A program made the translations under genes and the position numbers. A DNA stretch of 63,266 nt, counting the filler, from Myxococcota bacterium (lineage in GTDB: Bacteria; Myxococcota_C; UBA6777), in NCBI GenBank assembly GCA_023150835.1. It is 3 parts of 3 records of this genome, joined end to end, with 100 filler letters (N's around TTAATTAATTAA, not from the genome) between each part and the next. Parts side by side here need not be neighbours in the genome. Positions count along the whole stretch, not along the records: positions 1 to 22,144 come from JAKLKB010000157.1; 2 more parts are not named here. One strand, given 5' to 3'. How positions within the stretch are numbered: the first letter of the stretch is position 1; the number at the start of each line of letters is the position of its first letter. The notes beneath the pieces are model-generated. The model saw nothing but the letters and a program-made list of their open reading frames with translations. It made no database searches and was not told where the DNA came from. Below are positions 1 to 10,786 of the stretch, piece by piece.

Positions 1-109
1 ACTTTCCGTACTTTCCGTACTTTCCGTACTTTCCGTACTTTCCGTACTTTCCGTACTTTCCGTACTTTCCGTACTTTCCGTACTTTCCGTGCTTTCCGTG
101 CTTTCCGTG
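1..109. repeat. 9-bp tandem repeat (ACTTTCCGT)n running off the window start
   Basis: About 12 copies of actttccgt/gctttccgt. On the minus strand an ATG at 158 reads MSTKRGHHAEDAEKKSPRKARKARKVRKV..., so it may be a coding VNTR of a truncated gene. Confidence 0.9.
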
Positions 110-277
110 GACTCTTCTTTTCGGCATCCTCTGCGTGATGCCCGCGTTTTGTACTCATGTAAGGCAGGGAGAGAGGGGTTGAGGGTGGCACGAGATCTGC
201 CCTGTCACCTACCCCCACCCTTTGGGCTTTACAGAGGAAGTGTCCGAGTGTTCGCCCCCCTTTAGCTGCCCCCTCCT

Positions 278-973
278 TTAATTAGAGAGCATACCGAGGA
301 AGCGCTCTTTGTGGACGATTTGAGGTTCCGCTTGAAGAGATCCCCAGATCAAGGCGATCGATCCGCCAAGGGCGAGATACAACCCCAACATTGGATAGAT
401 CGTTTTGTTGTCGTACAGCACATTGAGGAGTTGTACAGAAAACGCCAGAGCGCACACCGTCGCAGCCAACCAAGTCAAGCGGATCAGCTTCCAAGCAAAG
501 GGTTTTTTGCGAAACCAAGTGAAGACAAATTGCACAAACACAGGCAACCAGCACAACAAAGCAAGCGCCGCCATGCTGGTCCCGAAGCCTTGTTTTGGAG
601 ACAGCAGGACAGTCATCAACACGACGCCATCTGCGATGACGATTAACGAGACAAGCACCAGATGGATCGCCCAGATCGTCAGCGGCGCGCCAAAGCGACC
701 AAAGCGGCCTGTTGTTTTGAACAACAAAGAAGAAAACCCCAAAGCGTAAAGGAACGGAAGGATCGGACGAAACCAATACCCTTCTAAGAAGATGGCTCGG
801 TAAGGATAGAGGATCTCGCCGTTTTGATAACCCGCAGAAGGCAGGAAAAAACTGACCAACAAGGCAAGGCTTCCGAGGGTCGTGAGGACGATGCCTCGTT
901 TGGGGAGAGGGATGCGTTCTTCGGTGATGCGTTTTTGGCGTTGCGTTTCGATTTCTTGCGCGCTGCGCGACAT
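278..973 (-). CDS. Hypothetical multi-pass membrane protein
   Basis: ATG at 973 (MSRSAQEIE) preceded by GGAGG; about 6 hydrophobic segments; divergent from clpS. Confidence 0.75.
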   Translation of the reverse strand: MSRSAQEIETQRQKRITEERIPLPKRGIVLTTLGSLALLVSFFLPSAGYQNGEILYPYRAIFLEGYWFRPILPFLYALGFSSLLFKTTGRFGRFGAPLTIWAIHLVLVSLIVIADGVVLMTVLLSPKQGFGTSMAALALLCWLPVFVQFVFTWFRKKPFAWKLIRLTWLAATVCALAFSVQLLNVLYDNKTIYPMLGLYLALGGSIALIWGSLQAEPQIVHKERFLGMLSN

Positions 974-1163
974 CGGTTGCCTCCGTGATCGACTCGGTGT
1001 TGATGGGCAAGCGCCCAAAGATGTAGCACCTTTTGCAAAAAAGCAAAAGAACTCGTTTGGGCGCGTCCATCTCGGGCCTTGCGTTGCGTGTTGGGTCGTC
1101 CCAAGATGCGAGGCGACGTGCGGGCAGACGTCCACAAGCAGCCCGCCGAAGGAGAGAATTGTT

Positions 1164-1535
1164 ATGTGGGACTTTGTGCAACAACCACCGATCCTTGCAT
1201 CGGGCGACAAAGACAAGACCAAACAACCCGACACCAAACGCCAAGAAGGCGTCGATGTCTTGGAACGCCAAACCACCGAGACACCCCGCCTTTACCGTGT
1301 GATCTTGCACAACGATGACTATACCACCCAAGAATTTGTCATTTACGTATTGCAGCGATTTTTCCGAAAAGACCGTACCGAAGCACGCCACATTATGCTG
1401 AAAGCACACATCTCAGGACGTGCAATCATTTCGGTGTATACGAAAGACATCGCGGAAAGTAAAGTTCAGCAAGTCATGGACTACGCACGCGAAAACGATT
1501 CGCCGCTGTTGTTGACTGCCGAACCAGAAAGTTAA
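1164..1535 (+). CDS. clpS: ATP-dependent Clp protease adaptor ClpS
   Basis: Motif YRVILHNDDYTTQEFV...H..G.A...Y..DIAESKV; directly upstream of clpA. Confidence 0.96.
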   Translation: MWDFVQQPPILASGDKDKTKQPDTKRQEGVDVLERQTTETPRLYRVILHNDDYTTQEFVIYVLQRFFRKDRTEARHIMLKAHISGRAIISVYTKDIAESKVQQVMDYARENDSPLLLTAEPES

Positions 1536-1878
1536 GCGCCGCATCTCAACATCGCGCTTGGCAACCAGCCCAAGCAAAGATGCTTGCTTGTTTTGGGCGG
1601 CTTGTTATGTTGGGCGGTGCCGCGTTTTGGTGCGAGCGACGCGGGCGTCTCCATCAAAAAAGCGAAAGAAAGCAAACCGAATCGAACCACCACAAGCCAC
1701 GCACAAGGATATACCGTCGTTTTGTCCACAGCATCCGCTTGTTGCAAGTCCACCCCTCGCAACAAACGCGCCCCCGTACAGGCCCCACGAAGCCACCCCA
1801 TCGTGGGAAACCGTGTCGAGCCAAGGGATGTCATGCGCACAACAACGAACAAGCGCGCAAGCGCGGAGAAGGAACGGA

Positions 1879-4314
1879 ATGCTGAGCAAAAGCGCAGAAA
1901 ACGTAATTCAATCGGCCCTAAACGATGCTTTCGAGCGTCGCCATGAGTACGCAACCGTCGAACATCTCGTCTATGCCTTGTGTTTTGATGACGAGACAGT
2001 CAAGGTACTCAAGCACTGTGGCGCAGATATCGAACAACTCCGTGAGAAGTTCAACCGCTTTTTGGAGGGGGCTCTCGAAAAACTACCCAAGAGCTACGAC
2101 TTTGATCCGCAGCCGAGCTTAGGATTTCAACGGGTGATCCAACGCGCAGCGATGCACACGCTTAGCGCGGGGAAAGAAGAAGTCAAAGGTTACAATCTAC
2201 TGGTGGCCGTCTTCCGCGAAGAAGACTCCCAATCGGCGTATTTTCTCAAACAAGCGGGCGTCAATCGCCTTGATGTGGTCAGCTACATCAGCCACGGTGT
2301 CTCCAAGATCAAAGGCAGCGATCCCACCGCTCCCGGTCGAAAAGAACGCGCAAGCGCGATGGAAGGGGAAGAAGAAGACAGCGTCGAAGGCGATCCGCTC
2401 GAAGCCTTTTGCACAGACCTCACTCACGAAGCACGCGAAGGCCGTCTCGACGCCTTGATCGGACGCGACAAAGAACTTTTGCGCACCATCCACATCCTCT
2501 GTCGCCGACGTAAAAACAATCCCTTGTATGTGGGCGAGTCGGGCGTCGGAAAGACCGCGATGGCCGAAGGGTTGGCCTTGCGGATCATCGAAGGAAAAGT
2601 CCCCAAACTGCTGCGCGATGCAGAGTTGTTTTCGCTCGATATGGGCGCACTTTTGGCCGGGACGCGCTATCGCGGCGACTTTGAAAACCGCTTAAAAGCC
2701 GTCCTCAAAGTCCTCGAAAAGAAAGACAATGCGATCCTTTTCATTGATGAGATCCACACTATCGTCGGAGCAGGCGCAACTTCGGGCGGCTCGATGGATG
2801 CCTCCAACCTGCTCAAACCCGCACTCCAAAGCGGAAAGCTCCGTTGCATCGGATCGACCACTTACAAAGAGTTCCGCTCTTACTTTGAAAAAGATCGTGC
2901 GCTCACACGCCGATTCCAAAAGATCGATATCCACGAACCGAGCCTCGAAGACTGCTTGGCGATCCTCAAAGGACTCAAACCCCGCTACGAAGAGTATCAC
3001 GGGGTGTTCTACGAGGACGCAGCCATCGAAGCCGCCGTCAAACTCTCCGACCGCTATATCCACGATCGCCATCTGCCCGACAAAGCCATCGATCTGATCG
3101 ACGAAGCCGCCGCTGGCCTCAAGCTCCATGTCTCCGAAGACGGCAAAGAAGATCAAGACGATCTCCCCCGTGTCACCGAGCAGATGATCGAAGACACTGT
3201 TGCGCGCATGGCTCAGATCCCGCCCAAACAAGTCAGCGTCGACGACAAAGCCTCATTGCGCAACCTCGAATCCGATCTCAAACAAGTGGTCTTCGGCCAA
3301 GACAAAGCCATCGAACAAGTCGCCATGGCGATCAAGATGTCGCGGGCGGGCCTGCGTGAACCCGAAAAGCCCATCGGTAGCTTCTTATTTACAGGCCCCA
3401 CAGGCGTCGGCAAAACCGAAGTCGCCAAGCAACTCGCCAAGACCTTGGGCATCAACTTCTTGCGCTTCGATATGTCCGAATACATGGAGCGCCACGCGGT
3501 CAGTCGATTGATCGGCGCACCGCCCGGCTATGTAGGCTTCGATCAAGGCGGCCTGTTGACCGACGCGATCACCAAAACCCCACACGCCGTTTTGCTGCTC
3601 GATGAAGTCGAAAAAGCCCATCCTGACTTGTTTAACATCCTGCTTCAGATCATGGATCACGGCAAACTCACCGACAACAACGGCAAACCTGCTGACTTCC
3701 GCCATGTGATCTTGATTATGACCTCCAACATCGGCGCACGCGAGATGGCCCAACGACGCATCGGATTCGGCGACTCTGCCAACATCAACGCAGACAAAAC
3801 CGCCTACGAACGGCTCTTTGCACCCGAGTTCCGCAACCGCCTTGATGGACGCATCGCCTTTTTGTCTCTTCAGCCCCAACACATGGAGCGGATCGTCGAA
3901 AAGTTCATCAAACAGCTTTCCGCTCAGCTTGTCGAAAAGCAAGTCACCCTCTCGATCACCCCCGCCGCCCGCGAATGGCTCGGCAAAAAAGGATACGATC
4001 CCGCGATGGGCGCACGACCCCTCGCCCGCGTCATCCAAGAAGAAGTCAAAAAACCCCTCACCGAAGAGATCCTTTTCGGTCAACTCGAAAAAGGCGGACA
4101 CGCCGTCATCGATCTCGACCCCTCCGCCAAACCCCAAGACACCGAAGACACCACCACAACAGGCGGTCTGATCTTCCGCTGCTCTCCCCTCCCCCAAGAA
4201 CCCAAAACATCCACCGAAAAAACATCCACCGAAAAAACATCCACCGAAAAAACATCCACCGAAAAAACATCCACCGAAAAAGAACCGAAAAAAAGCAAAA
4301 AGAAGCTCCCCTAA
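1879..4314 (+). CDS. clpA: ATP-dependent Clp protease ATP-binding subunit ClpA
   Basis: N-domain [11 protein letters not shown]; two AAA+ modules ([14 protein letters not shown] and [15 protein letters not shown]); no ClpB coiled coil; follows clpS; start MLSKSAE after GGAGAAGGA. Confidence 0.96.
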   Translation: MLSKSAENVIQSALNDAFERRHEYATVEHLVYALCFDDETVKVLKHCGADIEQLREKFNRFLEGALEKLPKSYDFDPQPSLGFQRVIQRAAMHTLSAGKEEVKGYNLLVAVFREEDSQSAYFLKQAGVNRLDVVSYISHGVSKIKGSDPTAPGRKERASAMEGEEEDSVEGDPLEAFCTDLTHEAREGRLDALIGRDKELLRTIHILCRRRKNNPLYVGESGVGKTAMAEGLALRIIEGKVPKLLRDAELFSLDMGALLAGTRYRGDFENRLKAVLKVLEKKDNAILFIDEIHTIVGAGATSGGSMDASNLLKPALQSGKLRCIGSTTYKEFRSYFEKDRALTRRFQKIDIHEPSLEDCLAILKGLKPRYEEYHGVFYEDAAIEAAVKLSDRYIHDRHLPDKAIDLIDEAAAGLKLHVSEDGKEDQDDLPRVTEQMIEDTVARMAQIPPKQVSVDDKASLRNLESDLKQVVFGQDKAIEQVAMAIKMSRAGLREPEKPIGSFLFTGPTGVGKTEVAKQLAKTLGINFLRFDMSEYMERHAVSRLIGAPPGYVGFDQGGLLTDAITKTPHAVLLLDEVEKAHPDLFNILLQIMDHGKLTDNNGKPADFRHVILIMTSNIGAREMAQRRIGFGDSANINADKTAYERLFAPEFRNRLDGRIAFLSLQPQHMERIVEKFIKQLSAQLVEKQVTLSITPAAREWLGKKGYDPAMGARPLARVIQEEVKKPLTEEILFGQLEKGGHAVIDLDPSAKPQDTEDTTTTGGLIFRCSPLPQEPKTSTEKTSTEKTSTEKTSTEKTSTEKEPKKSKKKLP
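4204..4278 (+). repeat. 15-bp coding tandem repeat (KTSTE x5) in the ClpA tail
   Basis: aaaacatccaccgaa, five exact copies. Confidence 0.95.
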
Positions 4315-4377
4315 AGCCGACGCAGCACCCCTCTTTTCCGACCTATTCATCGCCCCCAAAAAACGATCCGTCAACAA

Positions 4378-4590
4378 AAAAACCCGTGTCCGCGCCCCTC
4401 CAAGCCGCAGAGTTGTTGGTTTGAAAAACCTCTGCTCGCCCCATCCATACGGGGTCAAGGGAGCCGCGCTAAGGAGGCGGGGCGTGGGGCAGCGCCCCAT
4501 ACGCGCCTTGTTAAGGTGGAAACCTCGTAGAGTCGGTCTTGATCGCCTTTTCTTTTGCTCGCCCCCCTCAATCCCCCCACCACTCAATCC
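4378..4590. repeat. Family B hairpin repeat (reverse) joined to the left part of a family A element
   Basis: Matches the reverse complement of the 6107-6232 type, followed by CATACGCGCCTTGTTAAGGTGGAAACCTCGTAGAGTCGGTCTTGATCGCC, also seen at 14639, 26779 and (reverse) 46420, 57060. Confidence 0.85.
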
Positions 4591-4626
4591 CCCAAAAAAA
4601 ACAAACCCAACCGTCCACTCTGCCGC

Positions 4627-5331
4627 TCAAAACAAAAAGCGCGGGAACTCCTGCGTTAGAAGATATCGCAGCCAAGCATCGGTGTGTTCAGAGAGCAACA
4701 ATTGTTCGAGCGCATCGGCGTCAAGGCGACGGATCGGCTTTCCATCGGTGCTGCTACGCTGTTGGATGCGCCGTTCGTGCGGGGGATAGACGGTGATCTC
4801 GATGGGGAATGTGTCTTCGATGTAGTAATGAAGATAGTCTCGAAAACCACCGTGTTTGCGGATAGTCACTTCTTGGCTTTCGTAGTCCCATCCGAGTTCT
4901 TCGAGGTGGACTTCGAGAAGTTCGGGATCTTCGGTGAAAGCGTGCAGGTCGATATCGCTGCCTCGGCGAACGTGTCCCGTAGACACCGAGCCGATGATCG
5001 CGGGATGGAACGGCAACAAAGCCCGCATCACCCGCAGCGCGACCACACGCATCGCAAATAGCCGTTCGGTCCGCTCTTTTCCTTCGACGAGATCTGCATG
5101 AATCAAGAGAGCATCGCGGATCTCCCCGTTGGATGGCAGATCTTGGGGGCGAAAGCGCAAGTTATGCTGGCCGACATGACCAAGCAATCGTTTGGAAGCC
5201 ATACGTTTGGCGACGTAATACTCTTTGACGCCTTCTTCGTACATCAAACGGGCGGCCTCTTGGGTGATACAGGAGCGCAATTGTTGATCACGCGGGGTTC
5301 GGAAAACCGAGGATTTGGATGGTTTTGTCAT
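4627..5331 (-). CDS. Nucleotidyltransferase (pol-beta superfamily) domain protein
   Basis: GSVSTGHVRRGSDIDLH (GS...DxD) motif; N-terminal helical EAARLMY..EYY.AK segment. Confidence 0.85.
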   Translation of the reverse strand: MTKPSKSSVFRTPRDQQLRSCITQEAARLMYEEGVKEYYVAKRMASKRLLGHVGQHNLRFRPQDLPSNGEIRDALLIHADLVEGKERTERLFAMRVVALRVMRALLPFHPAIIGSVSTGHVRRGSDIDLHAFTEDPELLEVHLEELGWDYESQEVTIRKHGGFRDYLHYYIEDTFPIEITVYPPHERRIQQRSSTDGKPIRRLDADALEQLLLSEHTDAWLRYLLTQEFPRFLF

Positions 5332-5364
5332 GCGTCATCGTCTTCCCTTTCGGGGCGTTGGAGT

Positions 5365-5811
5365 TCACAAAAGAGACGCTGCGATCAGCTCGATGGCGTG
5401 GTCTGGATCGACCACCTGTGCATACGGGTCACGGCCTGCTTGATCCCATCGCCGAAGCTGTTCTAGATCGTGCATCTGCGGGGTTCCTCGCAGCTTTTTG
5501 CGGATCTTGTGTGGACACAACAACAGATCCATGTGATGACGCACCAACCAAACAACCCGCGAAGACACCCGATCATCGAGCAGATCCGCACCGATCGCAG
5601 CATGATCACGTTGTTGGATCGCTTTGCCGATGTCATGGAACAAAGCAGCCGCCCACATCTCTGGATCAGGGCTTTTGTGTTGTGCGTGTTGGAAGACTTG
5701 GAGGGAGTGAAAAAGGACATCCCCTTCGGGATGATGGACGGGATCTTGTGGAACGCCATCTAGCGCCCACAGCAGATCAGACAGAAGCTTGAACCGTATC
5801 ATCGAATACAT
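5365..5811 (-). CDS. HD-domain phosphohydrolase
   Basis: PQDPVHHPEGDVLFHSLQV...AALFHDIGK...HHM...D. Start is 5811 or 5802; it ends 33 bp upstream of the NTase gene on the same strand. Confidence 0.85.
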   Translation of the reverse strand: MYSMIRFKLLSDLLWALDGVPQDPVHHPEGDVLFHSLQVFQHAQHKSPDPEMWAAALFHDIGKAIQQRDHAAIGADLLDDRVSSRVVWLVRHHMDLLLCPHKIRKKLRGTPQMHDLEQLRRWDQAGRDPYAQVVDPDHAIELIAASLL

Positions 5812-6106
5812 GGGCGTTTTTGTATGCACAGCGCGATCTTTGCTCCCATCGCAAAAGCCGCTTCTCGATCTCCTTGATCGTGCGCGTCGATACACCCAAC
5901 GCCACACGACGCAAACTCCCTTCCTTTGGTGCGCTGTTTTTTTCCAACGCCCCCCTTTAACGCCCCCGCCTCTCTCGTAATAAAATCTTTTCTCCAAAGA
6001 ATACCAAGCGGTGCTATCCTACCTCAAACAGTTTTGGCCTCAACGACCCAACAAAACTGCCGATCCCAGTTTTCTCGTTCAGGACCTGCGCAGTCGATTC
6101 GGTTTT

Positions 6107-6232
6107 GTGGGGTTGGAACCCCACGCCCCACAAGGGAGCACCGCTCCCTTGACCCTGTATCGGCGGGGTGATCCATTGTGTTTCAAACAAACAGCCGTGC
6201 CGCTTGAAGTCCTGCGAACACGGCTTTTTTGG
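6107..6232 (+). repeat. Family B ~122-bp dispersed hairpin repeat
   Basis: GGGG-n-CCCC hairpin, CAAGGG-n-CCCTTG hairpin, then TTTCAAAC...CGCTTGAA...GCGAACACGGCTTTTTT; about 11 copies in the window. Confidence 0.85.
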
Positions 6233-6337
6233 CCACAAGTCACTCCTCTTGTTTTCTCCAAACCATCGTTTTGGATTCTACCGCGCAAACACGCCTCCTT
6301 CGGTGGCTTTGCGCTTCATCACACAAAGGACGTTAAC

Positions 6338-9016
6338 ATGAGACCACGCGAAAAAAACATCCGGATCTGGCAATGGATTTTTGTGTTTTCGTTTCTGCTG
6401 ATCCTCAACGGATGCCCCCCTGCCCCCATCACCCAAAGCGAAGAACTCAACAGCGACGCATCCTCCAACGTCGAAAAGCAAGAAAACGCCTCCGAAGCAA
6501 CACCCGAAGAACCCTCTTCGACCGAAGCCATCGAGGAACCCATCGGCGAACCTGCTCCCGACGCCACCACCGAACCCGCTCCCGACGCCACCACCGAACC
6601 CACCGCTGAAACCGACACCGAACCCGCTCCCGACGCCACCACCGAACCCACCGCTGAAACCGACACCGAACCCGCTCCTGACGCCACCACCGAACCTACC
6701 GCCGAAACCGACACCGAGCCTGCTCCTGACTCCACCACCGAACCCACCGCTGAGCCTGCTCCTGATGCCACCACCGAGCCTTCTCCCGAGATCAGCCCAG
6801 AACCCACTCCCGAAGGTGCCTGTGTCCCGGGCGAGACGCGGAATTGTTATTCGGGCCCCGCTGGAACAGAAGGCGTCGGAGCCTGTCGTGCAGGCTTCCA
6901 AGCCTGTACGCCTGCAGCCCAATGGTCAGCTTGCCAAGGAGAGGTCTTGCCCGCTGCCACCGAGCTTTGCGGCAATCAAATCGACGACAACTGCGACGGC
7001 AAAACCGACGCACAAGATCAAACCGCTTGCAGCTGCAACCCCGGCCAGACCCGTGACTGCTACACAGGCCCCACAGGAACAGCGGGCGTCGGCATCTGTA
7101 AAAAAGGGACGCAAACTTGCGACGCCAGCAGCGCATGGGGTGCCTGCCAAAACGAAGTCCTCCCGGGCGCAGAAGAGATCTGCGGAAACCAATTGGACGA
7201 TAACTGCGATGGCAAGACCGATACCGACGATGCAACGGTCTGTGAGTGCAAGCCTAACGAAACACGCTCTTGTTATACCGGACCCACCGGAACTTCTGGA
7301 AAAGGCGAGTGTAAAGCAGGAACTCAAACTTGCGGTGCCAACGGGAAATGGGGAACTTGCCAAGGCGATGTCTTGCCCACCACAGAAGCCTGCGACGGAA
7401 AAGACAACAACTGCGATGGAACCATCGACGAAGAAACGACCGCCGCTCCTTTGTGTGGAGCAGGGCAACGTTGCGTGACAGGCAAATGTTCTTGTGACGC
7501 CACTTCTTGTCCCAATGGTTGTTGTGCCAACGATACCTGCGTCACTCCCACCACCAACGCACAATGTGGAACAGCGGGAGCGGCCTGCATCCCTTGCGCA
7601 ACAGGCAACGTCTGTGATGCCGGAAGATGCGTTTGTAATGCCACGTCTTGCCCCAATGGCTGCTGTGATGTCAACGGTGTCTGCCAGAGCGGAACTTCCA
7701 ACACAAGCTGCGGCAAAAACGGCGTCGCTTGTGTCGCTTGTACGGGCGGCAAAGCCTGCGATCCACAATCCCAAGTCTGCGGATGCGGCCCCAACACCTG
7801 CGCCACAGGATGCTGCAACGCCCAAGGCGCTTGCACTACCTCTGTTCTTGCGTCCTGTGGTGTCGGCGGAAACGCCTGTATCGCCTGCGATACCAAAAAA
7901 GCCAACGTCTGCGATGGCGGTACTTGTAAGTGTGGAACCAACCCCGCCTGTACCACCGGCCAAGAATGTGTCAACGGCCAATGCGTCTGCAACGCCTCTT
8001 CTTGCCCCAACGGTTGTTGCAACAAAGCCGTCTGCGTCACCAACCGCACCACCACTCTTTGCGGTGCAGCAGGCGCTGCTTGTGCAGCCTGCACCACCAA
8101 CAAGGCCGACAATTGCAGCACAGGATCTTGTCGCTGCGGAAACACCACCGCTTGCACAGGCGAAGCCTCTTGCACCAACGGCCAATGCGTCTGCCCTGCC
8201 CTCCAAGTCAGCAACGTCTTCGTCAACAGAACCGCCTACACGCAAACCCCCATCGATGTCGTGCGCGGCGGAACCTTCAACGTCAGCTTGGCTTATAAAC
8301 TCACGCAAGTCCCCGGCTGTCCGACTTGTACCAACCAGATCGTTGTCGGCATCTACACCAAAGGATACGGACCTGACGCTGCAACCGCTTGCATCTACAA
8401 CGGCGGGGCCTCTTCTTGCCCCAACTCCACCAACGGAGCCGCGACCGTCAGCATCAATACCCCCCTCACACCGGGCGAATACGAGATCCGCGCTATCCGC
8501 GATCTCCAATTCAATTGCACCGACGCTCTCAACAACTTTAACCGCGCCTCCGATCTCAGCAACACGCTCGTGATCGCAAAGATCCGCGTCATCCCCTCCC
8601 CAACATGCCAAGCCCTCTCAGGCTATTTCACCAGCATCCGACTCAATGGCCAAGGCAACGAGATCACCGTCACCCCGGGCGCAAGCATCTCCGTCAGCGG
8701 CACCTACACCATGAGCCACTTTACGGGGTGTACCAACTGCCCCGCTCAACTCGTCGGCGGCTACACTCCCTTCATCGGCGGCGGGGGCAGCATCAAGATC
8801 GGCTGCTACCACAACGGCACCTTGGCGACTTGCCCAAGCGCCACCACACGAACCACCACGCTCACCTTTACCGCACCCACCGTCCAAGGCATCTACCACC
8901 TGCGATCTTCCGTCGATCGCCAACTGAGCCAATTCAACTGCACGAACGCCCGCTACGACGGTACGATCCGCCAAGCCACCTACGGCGTACTTCGCGTCCA
9001 ACTCCCCACACCTTAA
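6338..9016 (+). CDS. Large cysteine-rich surface lipoprotein with DDNCDG (MopE-like metal-binding) repeats
   Basis: Lipobox LILNG-C; EPAPDATT acidic repeat linker; three C.PGETR.CY.GP...D.NCDG units; several CNATSCPNGCC units; two tandem C-terminal beta domains each with CxxC. Confidence 0.85.
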   Translation: MRPREKNIRIWQWIFVFSFLLILNGCPPAPITQSEELNSDASSNVEKQENASEATPEEPSSTEAIEEPIGEPAPDATTEPAPDATTEPTAETDTEPAPDATTEPTAETDTEPAPDATTEPTAETDTEPAPDSTTEPTAEPAPDATTEPSPEISPEPTPEGACVPGETRNCYSGPAGTEGVGACRAGFQACTPAAQWSACQGEVLPAATELCGNQIDDNCDGKTDAQDQTACSCNPGQTRDCYTGPTGTAGVGICKKGTQTCDASSAWGACQNEVLPGAEEICGNQLDDNCDGKTDTDDATVCECKPNETRSCYTGPTGTSGKGECKAGTQTCGANGKWGTCQGDVLPTTEACDGKDNNCDGTIDEETTAAPLCGAGQRCVTGKCSCDATSCPNGCCANDTCVTPTTNAQCGTAGAACIPCATGNVCDAGRCVCNATSCPNGCCDVNGVCQSGTSNTSCGKNGVACVACTGGKACDPQSQVCGCGPNTCATGCCNAQGACTTSVLASCGVGGNACIACDTKKANVCDGGTCKCGTNPACTTGQECVNGQCVCNASSCPNGCCNKAVCVTNRTTTLCGAAGAACAACTTNKADNCSTGSCRCGNTTACTGEASCTNGQCVCPALQVSNVFVNRTAYTQTPIDVVRGGTFNVSLAYKLTQVPGCPTCTNQIVVGIYTKGYGPDAATACIYNGGASSCPNSTNGAATVSINTPLTPGEYEIRAIRDLQFNCTDALNNFNRASDLSNTLVIAKIRVIPSPTCQALSGYFTSIRLNGQGNEITVTPGASISVSGTYTMSHFTGCTNCPAQLVGGYTPFIGGGGSIKIGCYHNGTLATCPSATTRTTTLTFTAPTVQGIYHLRSSVDRQLSQFNCTNARYDGTIRQATYGVLRVQLPTP

Positions 9017-9147
9017 ACCCCTTCCCACACTTTCATCCCTTCCCATACCCCCGATCGATCCTGCGATTGATTCGTATGCCGACTTCAGCGATCCCGACTC
9101 CTCCTTGCAAGGTCTTTGCAATTCGCTCAAAAAAATGTAACGCTGCT

Positions 9148-9263
9148 TATGCGAAATCCGCCTGTTGTATGATCGTAAAAGTGTAGGGGCAGCCCCCTGT
9201 GGCTGCCCAATCATAGGGCATCTACGTACTCTCCTTTGTGCATACATCACTTGGATATCGTAT
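9148..9263 (+). repeat. Family C ~115-bp element with ATACGAWATCCG-like inverted ends and an internal GTAG-type REP
   Basis: atgcgaaatccg...gtaggggcagccccctgtggctgccc...ggatatcgtat; similar copies at 21724, 33699, 54520 and 57350. Confidence 0.75.
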
Positions 9264-9324
9264 GAGAACGTTTGCAACACTTCTTTCGCGTGCGTTTGTT
9301 GATGCCTTTGTTGTGGAGGGCTGC

Positions 9325-10786
9325 ATGCAAAAAACAGATCGCTGGCTGGCGATGCGTGTGGCATCGCTTTATGCCCTGTTTGGAGGACTCTGGATTCTTG
9401 TATCGGATCGTTTGTTAGCCCGATGGCTACTTGACACAAAAATGCTGACTCGTTGGCAAAGCTACAAAGGCTGGGCGTTTGTGCTGTTCAGCGCAATTTT
9501 GATCTACCTGCTTGTGAGCAAAACGTTGCAGTGGATCTCCTCGACGCGCCTGTACCTCAAAAAAGTCCTCGATAGCGTGACGGACGCCTTTCTCGTCATG
9601 GATCGAGATTGGCGCATCACCTTCATCAACCCAGAAGCTGCTCGCATCAACAAAAAACCACCCGCAGCTTTCTTGGGCAAGACCCACTGGGAGGAATGGC
9701 CCGCATCGGTGGGAACGGTCGTCGAAGAACAATATCGAAAAGCCATGAATGAACGCGTTGTTGTACACTTTGAACACCACTACTACGTCGCGGGCGAGTA
9801 CGACACTTGGCTCGATATCCGCGCTTATCCATACGAAGACGGACTGGCGCTACTTTACCGCGATATCACGGACGCTGTTCGCTCTCGCCAATCCCTGCAA
9901 CAACAAGCGCTCGAACTCCAAACCCTCCACGCCGAAGCCCAACAACGAGCCGGAGAACTCGCTATCTTGTACGAGCAAAAGCGCGATCTTGCCGAACAGC
10001 TCGAACAGCGCGTCGCAGAGCGCACCCGCGAGCTTGAGCTCGCCATGCAGCGCGCCGCATCCGCCGACCACCTCAAATCTGCGTTCCTCGCCTCCATGTC
10101 CCACGAACTACGTACCCCCCTCAATTCGATCATCGGCTTCACAGGTATACTGCTCGCTGAACTCGCAGGCCCCCTCAACCCCGAACAATCCAAACAGTTG
10201 GGCTGGGTTCAAGATAGCTCGCGCCATCTGCTCGCCCTGATCAACGATGTCTTGGATATCTCACGCATCGAAGCCGGCCAGCTTGAAGTCCGACTCGCCC
10301 CCTTTGAGATGCACACCGCCATCGAGCGCTGCATCCGCTTGGTTTCCGAATCAGCCCAAAAAAAAAGGGGTCCTGCTCTCTGTCTCCATCGACTCGCGGA
10401 TCGGCACTCCTCTCAGCGATCAACGCCGCGTTGAACAGATATTGATCAACCTCCTCAACAACGCCATCAAGTTCACACCTCGCGGCGAGATCCGTCTGTT
10501 CTGCCGCCCCTCCGATGGCTTTGTTGTCACCTCTGTCCAAGACACAGGCATCGGTATTCGCTCCGAAGATATCGAAAAACTCTTCTTGCCGTTCCGACAA
10601 ATCGACTCCGGATTAGATCGGCGCCACGAAGGCACAGGACTTGGACTTTCCATCTGCAAACGCCTTGTCGAAGCTCTCGGCGGCAAGATATGTGTCGAAA
10701 GTGTTTGGGAAAAAGGCAGTACGTTTACTTTCACCTTGCCGACTACAGCACAAGGATCCACCCATGCAAACGATACTGATCATTGA
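9325..10786 (+). pseudogene. Membrane PAS sensor histidine kinase, split by a +1 frameshift in an A9 run (10358-10366)
   Basis: ORF1 has two TM helices, a PAS domain and HisKA (FLASMSHELRTPLN). ORF2 (+1 frame) has HATPase (NLLNNAIKF, DTGIGI, GTGLGL). Removing one A gives QKKGVLLSV in frame. Confidence 0.85.

Noticed and set aside
6011-6337. Upstream ORF extensions in the track (6011, 1558, 9238, 27091, 46214, 54593)
   Set aside because: They run through dispersed repeats or intergenic DNA; downstream ATGs have an RBS and match domain starts.
6926-8611. Long antisense ORFs (e.g. 6926-8611, 31218-32903, 3385-4587, 16868-17908)
   Set aside because: They are shadows of well-supported genes on the opposite strand, caused by codon bias, and have no motifs.
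10358-10370. Programmed -1 ribosomal frameshift at A_AAA_AAG
   Set aside because: The downstream kinase half is in the +1 frame, not -1.
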